Assembly: GCA_965217865.1 (NCBI GenBank)
Contig: CBDCJO010000002.1
Location: 2,880,001-2,944,000, forward strand
Direction of reading: 5' to 3'
Source of the DNA: Candidatus Latescibacterota bacterium
Lineage (GTDB): Bacteria; Latescibacterota; UBA2968; SICM01
DNA length: 64,000 nt
The position numbers and the translations under genes were made by a program. Below are positions 9,552 through 18,456 of this stretch, one piece after another. Under the pieces are notes generated by a model. That model was not told the DNA's origin. It saw nothing but the letters and a program-made list of their open reading frames with translations, and did not search any database. The stretch's first letter is position 1. Every line of letters starts with the position of its first letter.

Positions 9552-10484
9552 CTAAAGCAACCGGAAGGGAACCGGGACGAACGAGAGGGCGAAGATGGCC
9601 AGGGAGACATAACCGACCATCTTACGGTTTGGATCGATCGGGGGCCCGGGATCGATAAGACGCGGATGTCGGACGCCCAGAAAAAACCGGATGACCATGG
9701 CGAAAAAGATCCAGCCATACCAGCGACTCTCAGCCCAGACCTTGAAAATCGTCTGGCCGGCAGAATGACTCACGAGTCCCAACCACTCGTAGGGGGGACC
9801 CGCCACGGTCAGCAAAATGATCGCCATGGTCGTCGTGTTTGCGATGGCCGCGTGACGCCCTTCTGAAAAAGAATAGATGATATGCCCGCCGTCGAGCTGG
9901 CCGATCGGAAGCAGGTTTAGGACCGTGATGAAAAGCCCCAGCCACCCAGCGAATGCGATCGGGTGCAGAAAAATATCCGTGCCCGGGCCCGGGGTTCCGA
10001 CGATCAGGTCTGCCAGGAACCAGGAGATCAGAGAATCCCCCAGGAAAAGCCCTGCCTCGACGGCCTCGGTCGATTTGATCTCGGAAAGGCTCAAACCCAC
10101 GCATAGGGCGATCACAGCTGCCACGAATCCTGCGATCGGACCCGATGCCCCGATGTCGATCAGCGCGTTCCGGTTGGGAATGGGCGACTTGATCTTGATG
10201 ACGGCACCCATCGTTCCGAACGCGAAGGGGGCGGGAATGAAATAGGGTAGGGATGCCCGCACCCCCCAGTGTTTCGAGGCGAAGTAGTGCCCAAATTCGT
10301 GAATCCCCAGGATCGTCAGGAGGCTGACCGAGAAGAGGAATCCATTTGCTAATGTCGTCGTGCCGATCGTAGCCAGCAACAGAAGAACTTGGATCCATAA
10401 TCGGGAACGAGGTTCTGGCGGCTCGACCTCCTTAAAGGGGGGGGTGAAGGATGACATGTTCTCGTTTAGATTTTTCGGATTCAT
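9552..10484 (-). CDS. site-2 protease (M50 family)
   Basis: HEFGH, SGPIAG, LNLLPIGQLDGGH; multiple TM segments. Confidence 0.92.
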   Translation of the reverse strand: MNPKNLNENMSSFTPPFKEVEPPEPRSRLWIQVLLLLATIGTTTLANGFLFSVSLLTILGIHEFGHYFASKHWGVRASLPYFIPAPFAFGTMGAVIKIKSPIPNRNALIDIGASGPIAGFVAAVIALCVGLSLSEIKSTEAVEAGLFLGDSLISWFLADLIVGTPGPGTDIFLHPIAFAGWLGLFITVLNLLPIGQLDGGHIIYSFSEGRHAAIANTTTMAIILLTVAGPPYEWLGLVSHSAGQTIFKVWAESRWYGWIFFAMVIRFFLGVRHPRLIDPGPPIDPNRKMVGYVSLAIFALSFVPVPFRLL

Positions 10485-10517
10485 ATTTCCATTTCATAGG
10501 AAACGGGACCTTGCATC

Positions 10518-11444
10518 CTATCGAAGCCCAAGGCTGATCCGATGCGCGTTTCCCAGACCGAATCGATAAGGCGTAGTCGAATAATCCAACCGAATCCCCC
10601 CTCGACCCAACCCGAAACCGAATGATGCACCCTGCGCATCCCTGCCCGCCTGATAGCCGCCTCGAAGCGCGAGTCGTTCATTCCACACATACTCGATGCC
10701 CGATCGGAAGATCACATCGCCCCCGCGTGGAAAATCGATCTCGGATGCGATAAGCAGATTATCCCTGATGGACGTCAGACGGGTCTGATAGACCAGGCCG
10801 GCCCTGAGGCTTAGCGGAAGCCGGATCGACGATTTTCCAATACCATCCATCGTTCCCAGGTTTCGGAGGGTTGCCCCGAGGATAAGACCCGGAAAAGGTG
10901 ATTTGGCAAGGATGCCCAGGTCGATCGCAGCCCCCGAAGCCCCCTCTGCCTCCAGGACATGGTGCAGGAGCCTGAACCGGAACCCGATATTGACCCCAGC
11001 CGTTCTCTGGGCGTACCCCACCGAGAGATCCAGGTCATAGATGTTGAATGTGCCCAGGGGCTGATTGGAGGGTCCGACCCGTCTTTCGATCCCACCGGCG
11101 GTGCGTACCCCAAACCCCAGACCCACCCCCCGCCTCCCGGTCCCGAACGCCAAACCCAGATACTCCTGCCGAATCCCGGCAAAAAGCTCGCTGTGCGCAA
11201 ACAGGACATCCCGCCCTTTGAGCGTCGCAACCGCCCCAGGATTATCGCTCGAGGCAACCTGATGACCGGTAAGCCCCACAGAGACACCGCCCATTCCCGA
11301 AGAACGCGGCCCAACGGCCTCCTTTAAATGTACCATTCCAATTCCCGGATCCACGGCCTCCGCTCGCACGGGACCGTTCCCCAACACGGCCACCGCAAAT
11401 CCTAGGATAAAAAATGGAACGAAGGTTGTAATAACTCGATTCAT
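10518..11444 (-). CDS. PorV/PorQ-like (UPF0164) outer-membrane beta-barrel
   Basis: Signal peptide, GPRSSGMGG..NPGA, beta-strands, LRGGY..SFGFG..LDYS..LGNAHRISLG. Confidence 0.8.
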   Translation of the reverse strand: MNRVITTFVPFFILGFAVAVLGNGPVRAEAVDPGIGMVHLKEAVGPRSSGMGGVSVGLTGHQVASSDNPGAVATLKGRDVLFAHSELFAGIRQEYLGLAFGTGRRGVGLGFGVRTAGGIERRVGPSNQPLGTFNIYDLDLSVGYAQRTAGVNIGFRFRLLHHVLEAEGASGAAIDLGILAKSPFPGLILGATLRNLGTMDGIGKSSIRLPLSLRAGLVYQTRLTSIRDNLLIASEIDFPRGGDVIFRSGIEYVWNERLALRGGYQAGRDAQGASFGFGLGRGGIRLDYSTTPYRFGLGNAHRISLGLR

Positions 11445-11614
11445 CGATGGCCCTGACCGTCTTTAGTGTCCATCGAATTCCATTGCTTTTGGATGCGACG
11501 CGGCCTTAAAAAACGTGATTCGTGATTCGTTAATTATAGATTCGAATTAATGGATGAATTGTCAAAGGGTTCTACTGGTTTTTCCGAGCCACGAGCCTCG
11601 GCTTTTCCCATTTT

Positions 11615-12913
11615 TCATTTTCCATTTCCATCGGGTGTCTTAGGCTTCAGGTAAGTGGTGGAACAAACCTCGCTTTTTCCATACTTTGCCATCGCGGCCA
11701 GAACGTCCTCAGCCGAAACGGATTTGATGCGGTCCGTATAGTTGATCGCCTCGTCAACTAAGGCTATCGCATAGTACCGTCCGAGTGTCGCAGCAACGTT
11801 GGAATTCGTCTCATTTGCGTATGCAAAATCTGAAATCAGCATACGTCTTGCTTTTTCAATTTCTTCAGAGGTGGCCGGCTCACATCCCATTCTTTCGACC
11901 TCTTCGACCACGACCGTCTCGACTTCATCTCGGTTCGCAGGATCGAATTCCGCTTCGATTCCCAGTGTACCAACACTCTCAAAGGACAACACCCACGATC
12001 CGACCGAGGAGGCGATCTTCATCTCCTCAACCACACGGCGGTGAAGCCGGGAACTCTTCCCGCTGCCCAGGATCGTGGAAGCCACCTCCAGGGCGTAGAC
12101 ATCCTCAATTCGAGACCTCCCCTGAGTCGGATATCCGAGAACCCAGTAGCCGAGATTCACATCCTTCTCCACCACCCGTTCCCGGACGGATGACGAATTC
12201 CCCCCGTTGGATAGATCAGGCCTTAACGGTTTTATCTTCGCTTGGTCCTTCCAGTCCCTCGTCACACGCCCTATGGTCTCCGCAACTTGGTTCTCCTCAA
12301 CATCCCCCACCACCACAGCGACGATGTTTCTCGGGCTATAGAAGTCCCGCCGGTAGGTCAGAAGATCCTCCCGGCCAATTCGACAAAGGGATGCCTCATT
12401 TCCCAGGATGGGTCTGCCGTAAGGAAGATCGGGGAAAATGGTGCGGAGAAACTCCTTCGACAGTTTACTGCTGGGGTTATCCTCGCTACGGTGGATCTCC
12501 TCTTTGATAACCTGCCGTTCCCGTTCGATCTCCTCAGGGTCGAAGCGTGAATGGACAGCCGCATCGTAGAGAAGATCAAACGCCGCGACAAAGTGCTCAG
12601 CGGGTACGACCGCATAATACGCGGTATATTCGAAACCCGTAAAGGCGTTGTTATAGCCGCCCATCGCCTTGATGGCCCGATCCATCTCCCCCACCCCTCT
12701 GAGCTCCGTCCCTTTGAAAAACATGTGCTCAAGGAAATGAGAAATTCCGGCGGTCTCCGGGGGTTCACTCGCCGCCCCAACCTTTGCCCACAAATAGACC
12801 GCGGCGATGGGGGTGGCGGTTGTTCGTTTGGCCACGACCGTCAGGCCCCCCGGGAGCACTTCCTCACTGAACGGATATAGAGGGGATTGGTTCCTTCCCG
12901 TCACCACTTTCAT
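11615..12913 (-). CDS. M16 (pitrilysin-like) zinc peptidase
   Basis: GISHFLEHMFFKGT (inverted HXXEH), NAFT, ERQVIKEE, SSRL. Confidence 0.93.
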   Translation of the reverse strand: MKVVTGRNQSPLYPFSEEVLPGGLTVVAKRTTATPIAAVYLWAKVGAASEPPETAGISHFLEHMFFKGTELRGVGEMDRAIKAMGGYNNAFTGFEYTAYYAVVPAEHFVAAFDLLYDAAVHSRFDPEEIERERQVIKEEIHRSEDNPSSKLSKEFLRTIFPDLPYGRPILGNEASLCRIGREDLLTYRRDFYSPRNIVAVVVGDVEENQVAETIGRVTRDWKDQAKIKPLRPDLSNGGNSSSVRERVVEKDVNLGYWVLGYPTQGRSRIEDVYALEVASTILGSGKSSRLHRRVVEEMKIASSVGSWVLSFESVGTLGIEAEFDPANRDEVETVVVEEVERMGCEPATSEEIEKARRMLISDFAYANETNSNVAATLGRYYAIALVDEAINYTDRIKSVSAEDVLAAMAKYGKSEVCSTTYLKPKTPDGNGK

Positions 12914-12969
12914 CGCTTCGTCTTATTCATGATTTCCACATATTAGATTCTTTCTTCGATTCCCGGTTC

Positions 12970-13761
12970 TTAGCATAAATCGCGCCCGTGTCCTTCCTCC
13001 AGTATGCCATACAACAGAATTCCCGTTGCGACCGCGACGTTAAGGGATTCTACACCTTTGCTCATCGGGATATGGACGACTTCGTCGAAGAGGCCTTTGG
13101 CCCGGTCTCCCAAACCCGTTGCCTCACTCCCCAGCAACAGCGCGATTTTCCTTTCCGGTCTAACCTGGCTGTAGGCGACGCCCCGCCTCGCATCGGCCGC
13201 CAAGATATAAAACCCGCTTTTCCGCAGCCGACCCAGGGTCTCCACACAATCGGTCTTCTCGACGACAGGAAACCGAAAAATCGCGCCCATGGAAGCCCGT
13301 ACTGTTTTAGGATTGTGCAACTCGACCGATCCTTCGGTTAAAACGGCCCCACCCGCCCCAGCCGCTTCAGCGGTTCGAAGGATCATTCCGGCATTTCCTG
13401 GATCCTGAATCTGATCGAGAAATACCACGGAACCGTCTGATTTCAGGAGGTCGTCCAGTTCCCATCTGCGTTTCCGGACGATCGTCACGACCCCTTGAGG
13501 GGATACCGTCTCGCAAAAAGCCTGCATGGCCCGACGGTCTGTCTCCTGTATCCTGATGCCATCTTCTCGACAGCGGTCGATAAGCTTCCCCAAACGTCCC
13601 GATTTCAGAGACTCCCGGGCAAAAAGGACCTGCTCAACATCGACACCGGAGGACATGGCTTCTTCCAGCATCCGTACGCCTTCGACCAGGAATCTTCCCT
13701 CAGAATCCCGGACCTTCTTCTTCCTGAGAGCTAGGATGCTTTTCGCACCTTTGATGGCCAT
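12970..13761 (-). CDS. TrmH/SpoU-family RNA methyltransferase
   Basis: IQDPGNAG..RTAEAAG, RASMGA, GSEATGL, IPM..VESLNVAVA. Confidence 0.93.
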   Translation of the reverse strand: MAIKGAKSILALRKKKVRDSEGRFLVEGVRMLEEAMSSGVDVEQVLFARESLKSGRLGKLIDRCREDGIRIQETDRRAMQAFCETVSPQGVVTIVRKRRWELDDLLKSDGSVVFLDQIQDPGNAGMILRTAEAAGAGGAVLTEGSVELHNPKTVRASMGAIFRFPVVEKTDCVETLGRLRKSGFYILAADARRGVAYSQVRPERKIALLLGSEATGLGDRAKGLFDEVVHIPMSKGVESLNVAVATGILLYGILEEGHGRDLC

Positions 13762-13773
13762 GAAGATGGGGCC

Positions 13774-13917
13774 TCAGATCCCTTTGTCGAGCCTTTCCCG
13801 GATCGACTGGAGCTCGTTCCAGACGCGTTTCTCACGCCGGCTCAAACCTATAAAGTAGCCGAGGAGCACGACCCAGATGACCGTATACGCCGCACAAAGA
13901 TAACCCAAATGATCCAC
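13774..13917 (-). CDS. ccmD: heme exporter protein CcmD (47 aa, below the ORF-track cutoff)
   Basis: GTG start with a GGAGG RBS. MDHLGYLCAAYTVIWVVLLGYFIGLSRREKRV.. is a TM helix plus a basic tail, right after ccmC. Confidence 0.8.
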   Translation of the reverse strand: MDHLGYLCAAYTVIWVVLLGYFIGLSRREKRVWNELQSIRERLDKGI

Positions 13918-13985
13918 GTGAACGCCTCCAATTTACACTTTCCATTTTGCACTTTGCACTGGGCACTTTACATTTTCTTTTATCG

Positions 13986-14672
13986 TTATATTCCCTCCCC
14001 TTCCTGGATCCTGGATTTGATCCCCTCGAGTTCTACCTCGGCCTTGGCAAGGGAAACTCGATGAGCTAGAATCGCAACGAACAAGAATGTAAAGGTCACC
14101 AGGCATACCATAAGCGCTTGAAACATATCCGCCTGTAACCCCCCCCGAAAGACGAGCTGTTTTGGATGCAGGGTTCGCCAGATATTCACCGAATAGTAGA
14201 TCAAGGGCACATCCAGAAATCCCACAATGCCGAGGACCGCTCGGAATTTTGCGCTCTGGGCCTGGTCCCCCCCGTACGATCTCAACATAAGATAGACCAT
14301 GTAAATTAACCAGAGCACAAGCGTCGTCGTGAGCTTGGCATCCCAAACCCACCAGGCATTCCAGATCGGCTTTGCCCAGATCGGTCCGGTCAAAAGGACC
14401 AGACTACAGAACAGCACGCCGACCTCAGCAGCAGCCGAAGCCCAAATATCGAAAGTCCGGTCTTTTTTCCAAAGGTATAGAATACTCGCCACGAACACGA
14501 TGAAAAAACCCAGGAAAGAGACCCAGGCAGACGGAACGTGAAAATAGAATATCTTTTGGGCGAGTTTCTGCTCTTTCTCCACGGATGCGAAGATCAGTGC
14601 AAAATATGGGGAGACAAGCATCCCCGCCAGCGCAATCGCGCCAAGGATGGTGGTCCTGGATCGATCTTTCAC
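13986..14672 (-). CDS. ccmC: heme exporter/chaperone CcmC
   Basis: IFYFHVP, TGPIWAKPIWNAWWVWD (WWD motif), WRTLHP. Start placed at GTG 14672. Confidence 0.93.
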   Translation of the reverse strand: MKDRSRTTILGAIALAGMLVSPYFALIFASVEKEQKLAQKIFYFHVPSAWVSFLGFFIVFVASILYLWKKDRTFDIWASAAAEVGVLFCSLVLLTGPIWAKPIWNAWWVWDAKLTTTLVLWLIYMVYLMLRSYGGDQAQSAKFRAVLGIVGFLDVPLIYYSVNIWRTLHPKQLVFRGGLQADMFQALMVCLVTFTFLFVAILAHRVSLAKAEVELEGIKSRIQEGEGI

Positions 14673-14755
14673 AAAGACCTCAAAAGAGGGAATCGGGGTT
14701 CGAAGACCTGGGCTATGGGTTGGGTCCCGGGTCCCCGACCTCCGACCCGCCTTCT

Positions 14756-15433
14756 TCAATCTTCCACGACATAATCAAATAAAATTATACACGCCGCGGT
14801 AAAAAGGACGCAGAACGTCACGGCGACCTTGATCCATCCTGCGATTTCCCCCAGGCCTTCGCCGGCCAGAACGGCACCCGTTCCCTCCACAACGGCCAGG
14901 AGAAGCGGTACGAGTATCGGGAAAAGAAGAAGGGGAAGCATCACCTCTCGCATCTTTGTATTTGCCGACATCGCGGCAAACAGGGTACCCACGGCGGAGA
15001 AGCCCAGCGTACCCAGAAGCATCAGCACGATCAGGCGCGGAAGCGAAGGGAGTATCGTAACGTTCATAAAGACTGCGAAGAAGGGAAGGGAGATGATCTC
15101 CACGGCCATCATAAAGGCCGCATTTCCAAGGGCTTTTCCAACGAAAATCGCCCCCCGGTCCGCCGGACACAGCAGGAGGCCAGAAAGACAGCCGTTTTCC
15201 CGCTCGATCGTGAACGACCGCGTCAACCCCAAAAGCCCTGCGAACGTGAAAGTCACCCACAGAATACCGGGAGCGATTTGGCGCATCGCCTCCGAACCGG
15301 GTTCGAAAGTAAAGTTAAAGATCACGATCACGAGCAGCGCGAAAAAAAACATCGAACTGAGGCGTTCCTTGGTCCGCATCTCGACCACAAGGTCCTTCCA
15401 GAGGATCGCCCGTACTTGAGACCAGAACTTCAT
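14756..15433 (-). CDS. ccmB: heme exporter CcmB
   Basis: WKDL..E.R, PGILW, ERENGCL, LLFPILVP. The ATG overlaps the ccmA stop. Confidence 0.93.
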   Translation of the reverse strand: MKFWSQVRAILWKDLVVEMRTKERLSSMFFFALLVIVIFNFTFEPGSEAMRQIAPGILWVTFTFAGLLGLTRSFTIERENGCLSGLLLCPADRGAIFVGKALGNAAFMMAVEIISLPFFAVFMNVTILPSLPRLIVLMLLGTLGFSAVGTLFAAMSANTKMREVMLPLLLFPILVPLLLAVVEGTGAVLAGEGLGEIAGWIKVAVTFCVLFTAACIILFDYVVED

Positions 15434-16155
15434 CCGGCGCCACCTGCGTGCTGTTCGTAGATCGAGTTCAACCGCTCTGCGTTGAGTCCTTCGGTTGGTC
15501 CTTGAAAGGCCCACCGGCCCCGAACCAGAAGAGCAGCACGGTCGGCCAGGGGCAACCCGTGACCGATTTCGTGCGTGGTCATCACCACCGTCCTCCCCTC
15601 GCCCTTCAGCTTTTGAAGAAGATGCGACATCATCTTCCGTGCGGAGGGATCCAATCCGGTAAAAGGTTCGTCCAGGAGCATGACCGAAGGATCGTGCATC
15701 ATAGACCTGGCTATCGATAGCCGCTGTTTCATCCCCCTCGAAAACCCCCCTGTCCGGTCGTTCCGCCGTTCCGCGAGGCCAACCTGCTCAAGAGCCGAAT
15801 CCACCCGACCCTTCAAGTCCTTCACCCCGAACATCTTTCCGTAGAATAACAGGTTCTCTGAAGCCGTCAGATCGTCGTAGGTCATCGTCTGGTGAGAGAT
15901 GAGCCCGATCCGGCTCCGGACCTTTTCAGCCTCCTCACGAACGTCCAAGCCCTCAACCCGAACCCACCCTTCGGACGGCCTGATCAGGGTCGCAAGTATG
16001 CCGAGCAGGGTCGACTTCCCCGCCCCGTTGGGGCCGAAGATCATCAGGCAGCTCCCTCGGTCGACCCGCATATCCACTCCGCGGAGCGCCGTGATCTGTC
16101 CAAAGGACTTGGCCACGTCCAGGGCCTCGATGGCGGGGGGACCATCGTCACGCAT
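15430..16155 (-). CDS. ccmA: heme ABC exporter ATPase CcmA
   Basis: GPNGAGKS, FSRGMKQR, LLDEPFTGLD; lies in the ccm operon. Confidence 0.92.
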   Translation of the reverse strand: MRDDGPPAIEALDVAKSFGQITALRGVDMRVDRGSCLMIFGPNGAGKSTLLGILATLIRPSEGWVRVEGLDVREEAEKVRSRIGLISHQTMTYDDLTASENLLFYGKMFGVKDLKGRVDSALEQVGLAERRNDRTGGFSRGMKQRLSIARSMMHDPSVMLLDEPFTGLDPSARKMMSHLLQKLKGEGRTVVMTTHEIGHGLPLADRAALLVRGRWAFQGPTEGLNAERLNSIYEQHAGGAG

Positions 16156-17308
16156 CGTCTTGCCCCTGCTCCTCGGTCAAACGGACAGCCTCTTCCATCA
16201 ACATCGATCTCCGACTCCGGTATGTCGCTTCTTCAATCTGGCCGGCCTCAAATACGTCGTCAAGCAGGGCGATATCATGGACAACTTGTGTTCTCCGGGA
16301 CTCGTCTTCCCTCTTTTCGTTCCCGCCATTTTGTTCCTCCTCCGATGGCTTTTTTCGGGGTCGATACAGGAGGGCTGCCGCCCCTAGAATGAGGGCAAAG
16401 GCCAAAAGGCCCCACTTAAGAAGATCCCTGGGGAGACCCGCCTCCTCGCCGATGGTCCGAAATCCAATTTCCAGGCCTCGAGGTACGTTTTGTGCGATCA
16501 GGTGAAGAAACTGTTGACCCTCGAAATCCACAACACCCTGATTGTCCAGCGAAACGCTCTCCACCGCGATATCGGAGGGATGTATCAGAACGCTCACCAT
16601 CGAAGCATGATAGGGGACCGGCCTCGAAAACCTCCCGTCCGGGGGAATCCTATAACGATACCGGAGGCGGGTCTTTCCCGGCGGAAAAGGCCACTCGCTT
16701 ACAAACCCCCAGGCCGTTGTCCTGGAGGCTGTCTGATCGACCTTCAGATCAGAAAACCCCTCGGGGAGAGGGATCCGAAGGGAAGCACCCCCATCTCCGT
16801 ATAAGGTTCGATTTCCGCCGTTCCGAAGGGCGAGTATCTCCAGTATCTCCATTCCGGAATCGTGTGCATTCGCGAAGATATGGTAGGCCTCGGCCTGAAC
16901 TTGCTCATCCGAAGAAGTGGTATCGTAGACCGCGATCTCAAAAAAATCCCCTTCTTCCTCTCTGTTTCCAGATACCACGTAAGGTACGCCCTGAAACGTT
17001 GTCATAAGGACCATCGAGGCGCTGTCAGCGAGGCCTTCCCCATCAAACCTGAAATTTCCGTCCTCTCCCGTGATCGAAGTCACCTGGAATGCTTCCCCTT
17101 CCAGATGTCGGACAAGGGCCACTTCCTGACCGGCCATAGGGTGGTCCCATGTCCGGTTGACAACCCTTCCGAATATACCGATGTCCTCGGCGGCGCCGGA
17201 GCCAGCCCCTGAGAGAACGAAGTGAGTCGAGGGGGGCTTGTTCTGAAGGGCCTCTGCCGTACCCCGGGATTCGAAAAATAATAATAGAATGACGATGGAA
17301 GATATCAC
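16148..17308 (-). CDS. ccm-associated exported protein with beta-sandwich domains, a C-terminal TM helix and a short helical tail
   Basis: Signal-like N-terminus, GRVVNRT..TGEDGNFRF, TM helix, then IALLDDVFEAGQI..Y..RR. The start is inferred; the upstream ORF extension overlaps another gene. Confidence 0.6.
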   Translation of the reverse strand: MISSIVILLLFFESRGTAEALQNKPPSTHFVLSGAGSGAAEDIGIFGRVVNRTWDHPMAGQEVALVRHLEGEAFQVTSITGEDGNFRFDGEGLADSASMVLMTTFQGVPYVVSGNREEEGDFFEIAVYDTTSSDEQVQAEAYHIFANAHDSGMEILEILALRNGGNRTLYGDGGASLRIPLPEGFSDLKVDQTASRTTAWGFVSEWPFPPGKTRLRYRYRIPPDGRFSRPVPYHASMVSVLIHPSDIAVESVSLDNQGVVDFEGQQFLHLIAQNVPRGLEIGFRTIGEEAGLPRDLLKWGLLAFALILGAAALLYRPRKKPSEEEQNGGNEKREDESRRTQVVHDIALLDDVFEAGQIEEATYRSRRSMLMEEAVRLTEEQGQDDA

Positions 17309-17384
17309 GGTGAGCAGAGAGGATGAAATTTGAAGAGGTTTTGAACGGTGAACGGAACTCGGCCCCGGTCTGAATCGATGAAGG

Positions 17385-17828
17385 TCACACCCTTTCGATC
17401 TTGGACCCGCACTGCGCGCAGAATCTATCCTTATCCTTGATCCTGGCCCCGCACGATGTGCAAAACACCCCCCCCGCCTGGGCCTTCGGTTGACTTTTTT
17501 TCCGGACCGCGGCGACCTCCCGTTCGATCTCACCCGCGATCCGGCTCCTGCCGTCGCTGCGATCAAGCTCTTTGAGCACGGTGGCAGCACGCTGGGTGTA
17601 GTCCTCCCGCATCCGCTGATAATCCTCGTCCTCCACCTTGCCCATCCGGTGGTCGAAATCCGCCTCCTTGATCGCCGAATAAAGCGAATCCCGGTGCTCC
17701 AACAATACAGCGTGGCGACCCTTCCGCTTGGTCTTTTGGATCTTTTTATCATCCCTTTTAACAAACAGGGGACGGCAGATATAGACCACAGAACCGACCC
17801 CGATCAACAGGCACAGGAAAGAAATCAC
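17385..17828 (-). CDS. membrane-anchored zinc-ribbon protein (CcmI N-terminal-like)
   Basis: N-terminal TM helix, YSAIKEADFDHRMGK..DY, C-terminal FCTSCG..FCAQCG. Confidence 0.75.
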   Translation of the reverse strand: MISFLCLLIGVGSVVYICRPLFVKRDDKKIQKTKRKGRHAVLLEHRDSLYSAIKEADFDHRMGKVEDEDYQRMREDYTQRAATVLKELDRSDGRSRIAGEIEREVAAVRKKSQPKAQAGGVFCTSCGARIKDKDRFCAQCGSKIERV

Positions 17829-17921
17829 ACGATCCTCTTTTCAAGTCCTTACCAAGTCCTTACTACGGAAAGACAGAGTCAATGATTATCCTGGGTGAAT
17901 TCGTCACGGACTCGTCGCGCC

Positions 17922-18440
17922 CTACACGTCAAGATCTCTCAGATCCCTCTCAACCTTTTTGCGGTAGTCGTCCCTCTCCACCCCTTTAGCGTCCGCATCA
18001 CTTGGGATCGATTCCCGATTCTCATTCCGTTTCGACAAACGGAGAATGACTGCCCGTACAATTCCTCCTCCGACAAGGATCATGAAGAAGGGGACCACCC
18101 AGGCCGTGAGATTAAAACCCTTGGTCGTTGGCGCAGCCAGCACCTGTTCCCCATGCTTCGTGACGAACGACTGGATGATCTCCTCCCCGCTCAACCCTGC
18201 GGAGATCTTTTCATCAATCAGTTGCCTGGCGGGTGTTGCGAACGGACAGTTGGTATGATTGCATGCATCCACGGTCATGTTGCACCCACACCTGCACGAC
18301 AGTTCTCGTGAGACTTCTGAGACGGTCACGGCCCCCGACGGTGGTGATTGGAACAGGACCATCGAAAAAACGAAGAGGAACAGTTTTACCCCTTCCGCCG
18401 AATTGTTGAAAGCCTTTGAAGCCCATCCGGTTTTTTTCAT
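17922..18440 (-). CDS. ccmH: cytochrome c biogenesis protein CcmH
   Basis: LSCRCGC..C..C, EIIQSFV.K.GEQVLAAP, AWVVP. Confidence 0.85.
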   Translation of the reverse strand: MKKTGWASKAFNNSAEGVKLFLFVFSMVLFQSPPSGAVTVSEVSRELSCRCGCNMTVDACNHTNCPFATPARQLIDEKISAGLSGEEIIQSFVTKHGEQVLAAPTTKGFNLTAWVVPFFMILVGGGIVRAVILRLSKRNENRESIPSDADAKGVERDDYRKKVERDLRDLDV

Positions 18441-18456
18441 TTTTCATTTTTCATTT

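Noticed and set aside
17309-17764. N-terminal 150 aa of the 538-aa ORF 16148..17764
   Set aside because: It overlaps the zinc-ribbon gene in another frame and reads as Arg/Ser-rich shadow sequence. The true start is probably near 17308.
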